Shown: positions 37,621-50,625, counted from the first letter of the stretch. The stretch: 64,000 nt of DNA from Felis catus (GCF_018350175.1 NC_058368.1:62001-126000); one strand, 5' to 3'. The notes: generated by a model from the sequence alone, not told the origin. Program-made: numbers and translations.

Positions 37621-37944
37621 TCCTCCAGAGAAGGGGTTCTCATGTTTACCCAGTCCTGGATGATAAACTTTGCATTTGAGACATCTGATAAACATTTGCA
37701 GAATTACATGTGCCTGCCTTGGTTTTGATGGAACCCATGCTTAGGAGATTACTTCCTGTAATTGAGAGGTTGTGCCTCCCAGGAGAGTGAAGAGAAGGAA
37801 AGAAAAGAAGTGGGAGGTGCAGTGGACAGGGATGTGGGGAGACCCCTGTGGATTATTACTGGGCAGCATGCTGCCCCCTTGTGGCCTACCAGCTACAGGA
37901 CAGCCCATGACATTCCTTGGATCCCAATTCTTATACTTTCGGCT

Positions 37945-39030
37945 CTCAAGACCCTTTTACACTAAAAAAAATTGACACCACAGAGCTTTTGTTTATGCGG
38001 GTTATGTGTATTAATATGTATAATATTAGAAATTTTAAAGTTAAAATACTGATTCACTTAAAGTAGTAATAAACCCATATTAACACATTTTTTAAATGAA
38101 AAATACTATTTTTAAAAAATTTTTTTAACGTTTATTTTTGAGACAGAGAGAGACAGAGCTTGAACAGGGTAGAGTCAGAGAGAGAGAGGCAGACACAGAA
38201 TCTGAAGCAGGCTCCAGGATCCAAGCTGTCAGCACAGAGCCAGACGCAGGGCTCAAACTCACAGAATGTGAGGTCATGACCTGAGCCGAAGTCGGATGCC
38301 TAACCGACTGAGCCACCCAGGCGACTCTGAAAAATACTATTTTTTAAAACAAATGGGTGATATCATTTTTTACATTTTTGTATACCTCTTTAATGCATAG
38401 GTGAAAGAAGACCCCTGGATTCTCATATCCATTTCTGCATTCGATGTGTTTTCTACGTTGTTTTGGTTGAAGATATGAAGAAAACCCAGCCTCACACAGA
38501 TGAGTAGTTAGGAAGGGAGGAATATATTAATAGTCTTTAAAAATCAGTGTGGATATTCTTCTTTGATAAGACACCAAAACTTAACAAGTAGAGGTTTCTT
38601 AAGGTTAGTTGCAATGTAGAATCTGAAACCTTATCGATGAGTCCTTTGTATTCTGTTACATTAAAATCCATTGTCTATTGTGAAATTTGAATGGGTCTTT
38701 TGAATAAAAGGCATCATTTTGTAAGTTCAAATATTGGTCATTGAAAAATATTGATAAAGTATTAGGAGATTTTCAAGTTCGTGGTAGCCAACACAAATTT
38801 TCCAAAATTCTAATTTTGTTTGAAAGCTCCAATTTCATTATTGCTAACAAATCTCATTGGTTGTTTTCCTTGAAGTAAAAGGTACACTCTTCATTTGAGA
38901 TACTCCTCCATGGTTTGGCTGTTAATTGTTCTTTTAATATACTTGAAATGGTGCTACATGAAAAAAAGTGGTGTGGCTCGTTCAGCCCACCATGCAGTCA
39001 CACAAGCACTTTTTCCTGAGACAACCATGT
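37945..39030. mobile_element. hAT-Charlie DNA transposon relic (Charlie1-like) with nested Can-SINE (38115-38326, minus)
   Basis: GACCCTTTTACACT...CAGAGCTTTTGTTTATGCGGGTTAT...TATTAGAAATT resembles a Charlie1 end; SINE TSD TGAAAAATACTATTTTT. Confidence 0.65.
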
Positions 39031-40019
39031 TGAGAGAACATTCAGGAAAAGGAGCTGCTCTGGCCAAGAGAGGTGAGTGTGGCTGTGGAGGATGACTGGA
39101 CCTGGGTCATTCAGAACCTTAGCATTTAGTCCTAAGTGCACAGAACCAGAGAGGGACAGCCCACATTCTTCCTCCCTCCTGATGCCATCATATAGAATGT
39201 GCCCCTTAGCCTTAAGAATTTGCTGCCTGAGTGCTATTTGCTACCTCTGGGCAGCCACCGCCTAGTATTCCCATCCCTCCTTCACCACCCAGGATTCCAA
39301 TCCCATCCCTGAAGTTCGCAGGGCCCACCTGTAGAAGGGGACCAGTCTCCTCAACTGTGAAACTAGATGAGCCAGAGGTGAGCTTCTCATTGCAAGAACT
39401 TTATTACTAGTCAAGGTGGGGATTGGAGAGGCAAGGAGAAACAGAAGTCAGCAAAGTTTGGGAAACTGATCGGGTCCCTATAGCTAAAGCAGCCCCCTGC
39501 TCTCCTTCACACTGCTCCTGAGGCCTTTCTCCCCGGCCCTGGGTCTTGTTGGTTAAATGAGGAGAACAGAATTTGGAAGTGGCTCATTTGTGCCCCCCCC
39601 CCTTGAGGGGGCTTTTCTGGATCCCACAGGCCTGAGGGTAAAACTGCAGCCCCACTAAGGGCCACCTGTCTGGATTTGGGGCATTCCCTCAGAAGCGTCC
39701 TTTTTGCAGTCTCAGGAGGCTACCCCTTGGGAGGTGAGAGCTGTGCAGGTCTTTGTGGAGATACTCACCTCGTGGGAAGTGAGCTTGGAGTGGTGAGGGG
39801 CCAGGCGTTCTTGGTGGGGGTGGTGGGTGCACGAGCCAAAATAAGTACTAGTGATGATAGCGCATTATGTGCTGCCTTCTGGAATGTACCTTTCTGTTCC
39901 TCTGCCTCCATCCCATCTGTGCATGTGGCCCTGGTGGAAGGAGGGTAGGGCAGGGTGGGGTATTGGTCAGTGGCCCCCATCCACAGCCTTGACACTCCTG
40001 GAGCAGGTCTTGTCTTGTT

Positions 40020-40361
40020 GGGGATGAAAACAGTTTTCCTCTGCCTTTCAAAGTTCTTTAGATGGACTAAAAATTAAATTGACATGAGACAGATTAACAG
40101 GAGAAAATCAAGGAGATCTTAAGAAATTGTATACTTCCAGGGCGCCTGGGTGGCTCAATCGGTTGAGTGTCTGACTTCAGCTCAGGTTGTGATCTCATAG
40201 TCTGTGAGTTAAACCCCTGCGTCAGGCTCTGTGCTGACAGCTCGGAGCCTGGAGCCTGCTTCGGATTCTATGTCTCCCTCTCTCTCTGCCCCCTGCCCTG
40301 CTCACACTCTGTCTCTCAAAAAGTGAATAAACATAAAAAAAAGAAAGAAATTGTATACTTC

Positions 40362-40392
<31 letters not shown>

Positions 40393-40423
40393 TGTATAGA
40401 TAGATAGATAGATAGATAGATAC

Positions 40424-40478
<55 letters not shown>

Positions 40479-40900
40479 CAGATATAGATATATGGCAGAG
40501 CCCCAGAGCCCCAGGAAAACTGAGTAACTCCCTTAAATAGCCAAAGCCATCACCTTAAATACCATCATTAGCTAAAGACAAAAGATGTTGAGGACAGGAA
40601 GTCAGTTGTGGGAGGTCCCCAGGAAAAGCACAGCAAACAAGGGCAAAGTTAAGCATATATAAATTATTGCTTTCTCCAGTGATAGCAGCTTCTGGAGATT
40701 GACAGTCATACCTGCATCCTGGTGCTGAAGGAGACACCCTTACAAGTGGAGATTTCCCCTATTCATGTGTCTCTTACAAAAGGGTGACTTCTTGGTTTTC
40801 AGAACTTCTCGCGGTTCTTGTGTATTTCCTTAAAAAATAACCAGCTCAGAATAACCAATATGCCAAAGAGGCATATCTTGGGTTGGTGAAGTTTGACCCC
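40020..40900 (-). mobile_element. MER34-like ERV1 solo LTR with nested Can-SINE (40139-40342) and (GATA)n microsatellite (~40398-40490)
   Basis: Minus strand AGGGGTCAAACTTCACCAACCCAAGATATGCCTCTTTGGCATATTGGTTATT at the 5' end; TTTTCTCCTGTTAATCTGTC at the 3' end; homologous to 55331-56100. Confidence 0.7.
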
Positions 40901-41982
40901 TGGATTTGGGGCATTCCAAGAATTCCCAGATATTGGGTTGACTGGGTTTCCCAAAGCCTGGGGATGAGGAAGTAGCTCGGGGAGACTTGGGCAATCATGC
41001 CCTTTCCCAGGGAGGCGGTACCTGGGCTTATTCACAGGGTGAGGCCTTGCTTTCAGCCTGAGTCTGGTCTCTTCCAGTTACTCTGGGTGGACAGAACCTG
41101 TGGGGAGCCTCAGAACTCTGCCCCCTCTCTACCTTCTGTTAGGAATCCAGGTGTTCTTCTTCTCTCCAGAGAGCCAGAGCCCAGGTGCTCCCTTACCAGG
41201 GAGGGAGTGCCTTCTGGTGAAAGGCATCCTAAAGGCCTAGGAGGTGGCAGCTGGAGAAGGAGGGCAGGGCCAGAAGCCAAGTCTGAAGGAAGGAACTTCC
41301 AGCCAATGAAAGGGGAACTGCCTGCACCCTGACCTGTGGAACTGGGACAGCACGGGACCCACAGGTATTTCTGAGTGTGGGTGTGAGTGTGTTTCTTGTT
41401 GAGAAGCCTCTCCCTTGGAAGAGGACTGTACCACATGGAGTGTTAAGACCATATCTCCTCTGCCCCAGAACAGGGGACCCCCTGCTGACTCTTGTCAGTA
41501 CCCTCTTGTGCCCTCCCTCACCCTCACACCATTCCCAACTGGGAAGGAATTCTCTGCACAAGACCCATCCATGTGTGTTTGGATTTCTGAGTTCTCTTAT
41601 TGCTGGAGCTTGCAACTCTTTTCTATAAGAATGGGGGTTAACAATCCTACATTGCACAGTTAGTATAAGGATTAAATAAGGTTGCTTGTGTGAGTGTCCA
41701 TACTGGCTTTGTACATAGTAGCCACTCAATGAAATCTAGTTGCCCAGGAAAACAGGATGAGGGTGTTTACCCATCCAAGGAGCACCTGATATGTGCTGGG
41801 GACCCTGAGAGTCCCACTCAGGCACTGGCCCACAGGAAGCCCATAGTTTGGCAGGGAAGCAGACAGGGGTTCCATGCATTGGGATGGGTGCCCTGTTTGA
41901 GGAGTAAAGCACAGTTGGGTTAACTGTCAGTGTCTCTCCCAGGGCCAAGGTCCACACTTTCTCATCCGTGTCCTGGGACCAC

Positions 41983-42031
41983 ATGAGAATGCTGCTGTGG
42001 CTTCCTGTCTTGCTGGGTCTTGGGAGCTGGA
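41983..42031 (+). CDS. PGLYRP4: PGLYRP4 coding exon 1 (signal peptide MRMLLWLPVLLGLGSW)
   Basis: Acceptor CTCCCAG| before 41943; ATG at 41983 (or 41989); donor A|GTGAGT. Confidence 0.85.
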
Positions 42032-42882
42032 GTGAGTTTTCTTTTACTGGAACAGTGGGTAACTAAGAAGGATCATCTAATCTCACAGCAGAGAATGTGC
42101 TTTCTCCTTAGGGAGAAAGAATAACTTTGCATTTAGAACACAGAATTTGGACTCTGTAAACCTATTTCAAATCCTTGACCTGCCTCCAGCAATGATTTTA
42201 AGCAAACTACTCAGTCCTTGAAACCTTAATTTTCCCAGCTGAAAATGAGATAATGTTATGATTTCCCAAAGTTTTTGAGGATTAAATGAGATAATGCACA
42301 TGAAGGACTTTGCACTTGCACAACGGGAGCAATGGTTCTGTCTGTATGATTTCTATGTCAATCAGAGTCAATCAGGGGTTTATGCTTTTTTCAATAAGAG
42401 AAAGTCCTCGGAGATAGGGATGTCAGTTCCACACACAGGAGCTTGGGCACAGCACATGCCCCCAAATCAGCCCTGGAGGAACAGACTTGATTTGTGCAAG
42501 TAATTCTAATCCCTTCTCCATATCATCTTCCCATTGTTTCTATTCAGTAAAATCCATACAAAAGAGGACCTTGTCCTTTTGAGATGCTTGGACACATTTA
42601 TTTCCAGGTTGCATTTTTCCCCCAATTATGTGTATAGATGTAGCTCATGAGAAACGGATATATTTCCAACTTCCTGCTCTTGGCTATTTAACTATGTTCT
42701 GGGATATTCCCTGGAGTTGGTGTTGGAGAAAAGCATGCACATGTTGCTACTGGAGGTAGTCCTTCTGACAGCCTAATAGGGTCTCCTGGAAGGGCCTCAG
42801 TGATCTGGCCTGAGTCTGTCACTGAGATGGCTAGTACTGGGGTTCTCTGAGGACTGATGCAAAATTGAATGTTTCTCTGCAG

Positions 42883-42990
42883 GTGCTTTCTCCTGGAATG
42901 AAACACAAGCCAAACGCATATCAGAGGGCCTTCAGGACCTGTTTGGCAACATCTCTCAGCTTATTGATAAAGGAAGACTTGGTCTCAATG
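42883..42990 (+). CDS. PGLYRP4: PGLYRP4 coding exon 2 (SAFSWNETQAKRISEGLQDLFGNISQLIDKGRLGLN)
   Basis: CTGCAG| acceptor, G|GTGAGG donor; resembles the PGLYRP4-specific N-terminus (human recalled as SSWNKTQAKQVSEGLQYLFENISQL). Confidence 0.88.
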
Positions 42991-43788
42991 GTGAGGAGGC
43001 TTAAGGATAGCTGGGTATCTGCTGTGACCAGTGCTTCTGAGGTCTGCACTGCCCCTTGTGGCTGGTATGAGAATGCATGGGGCTGAGACAGTGGACGGAG
43101 CAAACCACCTGCTAGGATGCCACAGGCCTTGGGGGTCCAGGTGTTATTGGGAGAGGGCAGAAACCAGGACAGGGAGATTCATCCTCTTCACTAAGGACCC
43201 CCTCGCCTGAGGGTGGAGACCTACACCCTGCCCTCAGGGAGTCGTCCAACTGAAAGGGAGAGTCAGGCCATACCTTGAGAGAGTCCCTAGGCTGAGGAGG
43301 AGATATAGTCCCTTCAGGAATCACTCAGAACAGGACAAAGGACACAGAGCCCCAGAGCAAACTGTCAGTGAACATAGTGTGCACTGGGGGCATTAGTGCT
43401 GCCCAGATGGGCCTCTCAGGCTTTCCCCGGGGAAGCAGTGGGAAGGAGCTGCTTCCTGAAAGCAGGGGTCCTAGAGCAGAGCAGGGCAGGAGCTGCAGGA
43501 TGGAGTCTGTCCCAGGTAGGGATGCCCTGTATGAGGGAGCAGAGCATCCAGGCTTCTCTGGACAGGTGCATACTCTGCAATGGGAACAGCGGAAGGGATG
43601 TGGAGGTAAGAAGCAGAGGGTGTGCCTGCCTGCTGAAGGCCTCCTCCCAGGACTCTTCTATCCTCAAGAAGCAGACTCAGCCCAGAATGGCACCCATGGC
43701 CCAGGGGGTTAGTGAGACAGTGATGGAGCAGGATGCGCCGAGTGATAACCTCCTCACCCTTGTGGTTACCCCACTGATGTCTCCACAG

Positions 43789-43978
43789 TGGTCTCTCACA
43801 AGGAGTGGGGGGCAGAAGCTGTTGGCTGCAGCACTCCACTGACCAGGCCTGTGGATTTCTTTGTCACGCACCATGTCCCTGGACTGGAGTGTCACAACCG
43901 GACTGCATGTAGTCAGAGGCTGTGGGAACTCTGGGACCATCATGTGCACAACAACAGCTGGTGTGACGTGGCCTACAA
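43789..43978 (+). CDS. PGLYRP4: PGLYRP4 coding exon 3 (PGRP domain 1 start)
   Basis: VVSHKEWGAEAVGCSTPLTRPVDFFVTHHVPGLECHNRTACSQRLWELWDHHVHNNSWCDVAYN; in-frame acceptor CCACAG|, donor AA|GTAAGA. Confidence 0.88.
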
Positions 43979-45383
43979 GTAAGAGACAAGGGATATGTGA
44001 GAGTACGTGATCAATGATACTGCTTGTGACACTTCTCTTGGCCTTACTCATCTCTGCTCTCCACTTACCAGGTTGAGGTTATATTGGGTTGATATTGAGT
44101 AAAATATTAAACCCCTACAAAATTCCAAATCCTTTTGAATTTTCTGTGAGATCTAAAAGAAAGCAAGGAAGGTTAAGTAATAACTATACGTATATGCCCC
44201 CCCAAACCTAGTTCACATAACACATTGACAGTTACAAATGACTACTGTGTGCATGAATTCATTTGCTCCACCAAGGTTGGTCAGGCATGCATTACTATCC
44301 CCATGGTCCAGGTGAGGGGACTAAGGCAAGGACGTTGTTTGATTTGCTCAGAGTCACACAACTGCAAAGTTGTGGAGCCCAGACTGGCTCAAAACTGGCT
44401 CTTTGCCTGCTGCATGTCCCACTTCACCACATTCAGGGGGCTCCCACTTTGTGAGACATCTCTTACCCTAGTGGCCACTCCAGTGGACCCTTTTAGTGTC
44501 CAGGACCACGTGCCCTTGGCTTATCTCTGACCTCACCCAGTTATGGACAGTCCCTATGCATGGTAATGGCTTCTCACTTCCAGTACCCTCTGCATCTCTC
44601 TGCTTTTCCACTTCAGACTTTCATCATCTCTGATGGTGAAGGGGAGTTAATACCCCCCTGGCAGGCAGGGGTTGTAGATAACTTCCTCAGCCCCTGGCCC
44701 TTCTCAGGGACAATCTTAGGTCCATGTACTCAGTTCCTTGGAAGTTCACCCTGTCTGGTGGTGGGTGGTGGGTGGTGGGGAGTGGGTAATGATTCTAAGC
44801 CCCAGGTGGCCATTGTGAAGCCAGCCCAATTGCATTGCACATGCTTTGTTGGGTTTCTTGCTTCTGACTTGCTCTCCTTGCTCCCTCACTCTGGCTTCTG
44901 GGACCCCTTATCAAATAAACTGCCTGTGTCCGTGTGCTTTTCTGAGGAGCTACTTCCTGAGAAATTTGTGTAAGATAGATCTATGTAAGAGAAATCACAT
45001 GAGCAGCTTACGTGGAGATGACACAGGTAGCATGCATTTTAGAGGAAGGAAAGCCATGTTTGAGGCTGAGAAGAATCTCACAGTGTAATTGAGTCTGTGT
45101 TAGTTACTGTGATGGCACCAGGACCTCTCCTCCTCCTGAGTGTGTAGAATGATTTACATAAAACCTAGGCATTTGAGCAAAGAAGGTAGGCAGTGTGGGG
45201 GTAGTTTCTGAATTCTAAGGGAATATAAATGACTTGGACTATCCATTGTCTGGGACAAGTCCATGAAAATTCCCTGTAGTGAGCACAGCTTGAGCACTTC
45301 TCCCTTTGGAGGTTGGTAAGTGGTTCCTCTTGTGGGATACACCACGGTGCCAGCCACTCAGCCTGTATCTCCCTGCTTCACAG

Positions 45384-45502
45384 CTTCCTGGTTGGAGACG
45401 ATGGCAGGGTGTATGAAGGTGTTGGCTGGAACATCCAAGGCATGCACACCCAGGGCTACAACCACATCTCCCTGGGCTTTGCTTTCTTTGGCACCAAGGA
45501 AG
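45384..45502 (+). CDS. PGLYRP4: PGLYRP4 coding exon 4
   Basis: FLVGDDGRVYEGVGWNIQGMHTQGYNHISLGFAFFGTKE; CACAG| and G|GTAATG. Confidence 0.95.
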
Positions 45503-46744
45503 GTAATGGTCATTCCAGCTGCCCTTCTCCGAAGAGTTACCCACTTCTTTGTTTCCGCACTGACTCTTCGACCTCCTACTTCCCCAATGATCCACTCTCC
45601 TGGAGTTCCCCTCTCCTTTGGCTTCCATGAATGAATGGTATTAGTTCTCTTCCTCCTGCTCTGGTTTCCTTCTCAGTCTCTGAGTTGGCTCCTTTCCCTC
45701 TGACAGTCTCACAGAGGAGGTGCTGTCCAGAGTTCTCTCTGCAGCCTTGTCACCATTATGCACTCATCATGGAGGAATGTGGGCTTCTGCTCTCTTCTAT
45801 CAGTGACTCACATCTTCCTCTCTGGCTCTCACCCTTCTTCAGTGCCAGGCCCTGTTTCCCATTTCTTGCCAGGAACCTCCTCCTCCCATCTCTCTTATCC
45901 CAAGATTTTCTGTATAATTTTTAAAACCACTCTGAGGCCTCCAATCCCTGAGTCCTTTCCACTTTCTTTTATTCTTACTGCTGCCCATTCCCCCCAGCCC
46001 ATGTCCTAGCATACATGCTCCAGGACCATTCCACTGAGTTTGTGCACTCTTACTATTAAAATTCTTGCTCAGATAGTTTCTCACTGTCCCCTCACAATAC
46101 TCTGTGAGAAAATCCAGACAAGTTTCCTGGTTGCTGTTATACAGAGTACAGCCTGAGCTCCAGAGAGGAAGTGACCCAAGGAGAAGAATCAGAAGGCAAG
46201 GCCACACTTTTCTTTTCTAATTTCAGGGTGGTTTCCAGCATGCCAGAGGACTGTGTGTTCAGCTTGGTTTGTTTTTGTGACCACTTATTGCTATCTCAGT
46301 GTCACCCTGTTTCCTCTGGGGTCTTGAGCACATTACATTTTGGAGCCTCAAGTTCCTCTCTATAAATATGGGGCTAATAATAGCATCCACCTCAGAGGTT
46401 TGTGGTGAGGATCAAAGAAGTTAATACAGGTAAAGAGGCTGGCACATGCCTGGAAGGGTGCCTGCCAATGGGAAACCCTGGCCCAGCCAGCTGAGCACTC
46501 CAGAGCATAGTGCTGCCTTCCAGCTCTCCACGGAGAAAGAGCAAAAAATGAAGTCTTATCAGGTCACTGGGAAAGGTCTTCATCCTAGACCAGGTGGATC
46601 CTTGACTTTTAGGCTTTCCAACCTGGGGGATGAGCCAGTTCCCCTCCAACAGCTACGTAGGGGCTGGCAGGGCCTCTCATCCTTCTCCCACAATACCCTG
46701 AAACTCAGGCCAGACCCAGGTTACCACAGATAGCTCTCTTTCAG

Positions 46745-46897
46745 GCCACAGTCCTAGCCCTGCTGCCCTGTCAGCCATGGAGGGTCTGATCTCCTATGCA
46801 ATCCAGAAGGGCCACCTGTCCTCCATGTATGTTCAGCCACTTCTTGTGAAAGGTGAAAACTGCCTGGCCCCTCTGCAGAAGGCAAGTCCTAAGAAAG
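46745..46897 (+). CDS. PGLYRP4: PGLYRP4 coding exon 5
   Basis: GHSPSPAALSAMEGLISYAIQKGHLSSMYVQPLLVKGENCLAPLQKASPKK; TTCAG| and G|GTAAGA. Confidence 0.95.
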
Positions 46898-47547
46898 GTA
46901 AGACTTTCAACCCTACCGGGCCTCCCTTTAAACCTACTCCCCACCCCATGCCCTTATAACTTCCAAATGCCATTGAGAGTGACTTTTTTAGCCAAGCTCT
47001 CATTGGATCCCTTCTGATAGGCAACTGGTCATCCAACTCTGAAACTTTGGGGCTGGTACAATTTGAGACGGACTCTCCAGGTCACCCCTTTATACCTCAG
47101 ACTCCGAGAATGATAGAGCTATGGCATTAGCCTGGTATAATATATGTGTACTAATTTCTTGAGTCAGTCAACAATTAGTCACTGAAGAGATATCATGGAA
47201 TAAAACACATAAGCAGTAGCCTTATAAAGTTTCAACCTAGAGAGTAGAAAAAGACAATAAGCAAATAAGCAAATAAGCAAGTAAAATATTTGATATGTTA
47301 TAAGGTGAAAAGTACTGTGGAGGAAGAAAACATGGAGAGGGATAGGCATCTAACACAGACAAGCACAAAAGCACAAATGCGCATCTTTCTGAATATAAGA
47401 GCCTGAATAACATTGATCGATTGAAGTGCTTAAGTCACCACCTATACTGACTTCAGAGGAAGGGGTTAGTGTAATTCAGGTAATAAACACTAGATAAAAG
47501 GTATATTTGGGGTTTAACAAATTACAACATCAAAACCAGTATAGTTA

Positions 47548-47875
47548 AGGGGCAACTGGCTGGTAGAGCACGTGACTCTGGATCTTGGGGTCATGAGTTC
47601 CAGCACCATGTTGGTAGTAGAGTTTACTTCAAAAAAAAAAAAAAATAGGGGCATCTATGTGGTTCATTTGGTTAAGCATCTGACTCTTGATTTAGGCTGA
47701 GGTCATGATCTCATGGTTATGAGATTGAGTCCCCATCAGGCTCTGCGCTGGGCGTGGACCCTGCTTAAGATTCTCTTTCCCTCCCTCCGTCTCCCTCCCT
47801 CTGTCCCTTCCCTGCTTATGCTGTGCAAGGGTGTGCTCTAGCCCTCTCTCTCTCACTCTCTCTTTCAAAGAAACC
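47548..47875 (+). mobile_element. Two tandem Can-SINEs (short 47548-47646; full 47648-47875) in a PGLYRP4 intron
   Basis: GGGGCAACTGGCTGG...poly-A followed by GGGGCATCTATGTGGTTCA...CT-rich tail. Confidence 0.8.
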
Positions 47876-48439
47876 CAAAACTGACAGTGTAGTTAATAAC
47901 CACTTTTGGCCTTTTCCTGGACTTAATAAGGTTTTAAAGATAATTAGCTCTATTATGTGAAAGCTCTGAGTAAATCTGATCTCTGTCTTTGGATTAGCCA
48001 TCTGCTAATATTAATAATTGCTTACACTGACAGAGTTTTAGGGCTTACAAGTGAGTCTCAAAGACATGCTTTCAGATGAAAATTCAACTGATTTGTCCAA
48101 AAGACCCTGTTATGCATGTACATCCACATATACACAAGACAATCATACAGATAAATAAGTACCCTTTGCTCTTGGGAATGAGTATCCATGTACCCTTAGG
48201 ATCAACATTCACACACTCCTCTGGGTTCTATTTTAAGGTTAGATCCCATGTCTATGATTCCTGCCTTTTGAATCCAATCCTACCATGCAGATATACCCCA
48301 CTACCAGGTGGGCTTTCCTGAGTTCCACAGTCAGGGTTAGGTCAGGATGTCCAGATGGCATGGGGATGTTCAGTATTGAGGTGGTTGGCATGAGTGGGCA
48401 CGAGTCCACACGTTGATGTTTTCTGGCTCCCCTCCCCAG

Positions 48440-48638
48440 CTTGCTCCAACATTGTCCCTCGATCTGCATGGGAGGCCAGGAAGACGCACTGTCCCAAGAT
48501 GAACCTCCCAGCTAAGTATGTTGTCATTTTCCACACCGCTGGGAGAACCTGCATCATGTCTGATGAGTGCCACCTGCTGGTCCAAGATATCCAGTCCTTC
48601 TTCATAGACAGACTGAATTCATGTGACATTGGGTATAA
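48440..48638 (+). CDS. PGLYRP4: PGLYRP4 coding exon 6 (PGRP domain 2 start)
   Basis: ACSNIVPRSAWEARKTHCPKMNLPAKYVVIFHTAGRTCIMSDECHLLVQDIQSFFIDRLNSCDIGYN; CCCAG| and AA|GTAAGT. Confidence 0.95.
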
Positions 48639-48861
48639 GTAAGTGGACCTGAGGATATATAGGCTTCTTTTACCTCGGAGCAGACTCTGAACCTTCGAAT
48701 GGGAGACAAAGGAAAGTAATGTTTACTGAGTGCCTGCCATATGAAAGGTGCTCCATCTATGACCATGTTGATTTTTCACACAACCCTAGGTGAGCCTTAC
48801 TTAGGATATAGCTAATGGGGTGGTCATTCTCCTTGAATATGTTCTCAAAATGTGTCTATTT

Positions 48862-49069
48862 TTTTAAAGTTTATTTATATGTTTTTAGAGAGAGTGAGCG
48901 AGCATGAGTGCAAGTGCAGGAAGGGCAGAGAGAGAGGGAGAGAGAATCCCATGCAGGCTTTCCACTGTCAGCAGTGCCCGTCAAGGGGCTGGATCCCACG
49001 AACCATGAGATCATGACCTGAGCTGAAATAAAGTCAGATGCCTTACCAACTGAGTCACCCAGGTGCCCC
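48862..49069 (-). mobile_element. Can-SINE
   Basis: T-rich tail, body ends CCCAGGTGCCCC; TSD TCAAAATGTGTC. Confidence 0.88.
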
Positions 49070-50406
49070 TCAAAATGTGTCATTTTTAAAGATTGTATAT
49101 AGATATGATGGAGGTCAAGACTGCTGGCAAGATATTAGAAGTCATACACATGCAAGATTGTGAAGCCTATAGAGAATACTTCCTGTCTGAAGGCAGGGGG
49201 AGGCACCAGATAATATCCTCTGATTGCTCTAATGCCAAGATCTGTAATCCTTTAATAAAAAGCACACTGACCTAATGGGAGAATAGAAACTTCTTGCAGC
49301 GTGCTTTCCAAGTTCACAGGTAGGTTAGATACCATCTCATATCCATCAGAAACAATCACACTGAATGTTAAGTCTCAGGATGGACTAGCATAGATAGCAC
49401 TAGCCTAGATAGCATATTTGTACACATTAATCAAGGAGGCCCTTCCTCTAGAGACTTTATGGATTAGCTAGTGGAGCTGGATTTTAGTCCTTCCTTGCCT
49501 CCTGGCCAGGCACTCTGTGCAGGGTGCAAGAAGCATAGCTGTGTGCAATGGCCCTTCCTTAGCTGGATTTACCATTACTTAGTATGTGATTTTGGGGTGA
49601 TGGCCTCTCCTCTCTCCATCCTGTTATAGTTACAACCCTTTCAAAATAGGAGAAAGCTTCCTCCAACACCTTTCATCTGTTAAGACTTGTCAAGTGCTTT
49701 TATAGATCCTGCAATGCAGGATTATTCACAGGGTTGTTCTCTTTGGTCATAATAGATACCTGAATATTGACTCTATGTTTTGAACCTAACCTCGAAAGTG
49801 ATGGGTGCTGAGAGAGGACCTTTCCCTTTTCCCATTCAGGTTTCAGTAGCCAGTTTCCTGTCCCTTGACTTTGACCTTTATTGTATACCTTGTGCCATAA
49901 CTTTCATGACCCTGCCATTTTCTCACCCTGAGGTGAGAAAGATCACCGGTGATCTGTAGTCAGGAGTAAATACCCACTTGCTATAAATTAATTCACTGAG
50001 AACACTGAGTGCCTACTCTTTGTGGCATGAGGCTACACTCTGGGGACACTAGCAGATGTAGCACAGATATGGTTCTTGCCTTGATGGAGCTAAAACTGCT
50101 GAAGGAGAAAGATAACTAAATGAATAAGGCCTAATAGAGTGCATTAAGTGTTATTATAGAGGGTGCAGAGTGTAAACAGGAGACATTTTTACCTCTTGGT
50201 AGCTTGCGGGGGAATTGGGTGTGAAGAAAGCACTACTCAAGAGATGACATATCAACTGGGATCTAAGAAATGAGTGAGCTCATCGGAGGAGGGGGAAGAG
50301 TGTTTTGGGCAGAGAGAAAGGACCTCTGTGGAAAGTCCTGGATGCCAGCCTGATAATGGTGTCTTTGAGAAGCTGAGGGAAGTTTATCATAATAAAAATA
50401 GATGCT

Positions 50407-50625
50407 GGGATGCCTCGGTGGTTCAATCAGTTGAGTGTCCAACTTTGGCTCAGGTCCCGATCTTGCAGTTTGTGAGTTAGAGCCCTGCATCAGGCTTGCT
50501 GCTGTCAGTGCACAGCCTACTTCCATCCTCTTTCCCTCTTTCTCTGCCCCTCCCCAGCTTGCATTCTCGCTCTCTCAAAAATAAGTAAACATTTAAAAAT
50601 TTTTAAATAATAATAATGATAAAAA
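50407..50625 (+). mobile_element. Can-SINE
   Basis: GGGATGCCTCGGTGGTTCAATC head; TSD AAAA(T/C)AGATGC. Confidence 0.88.
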
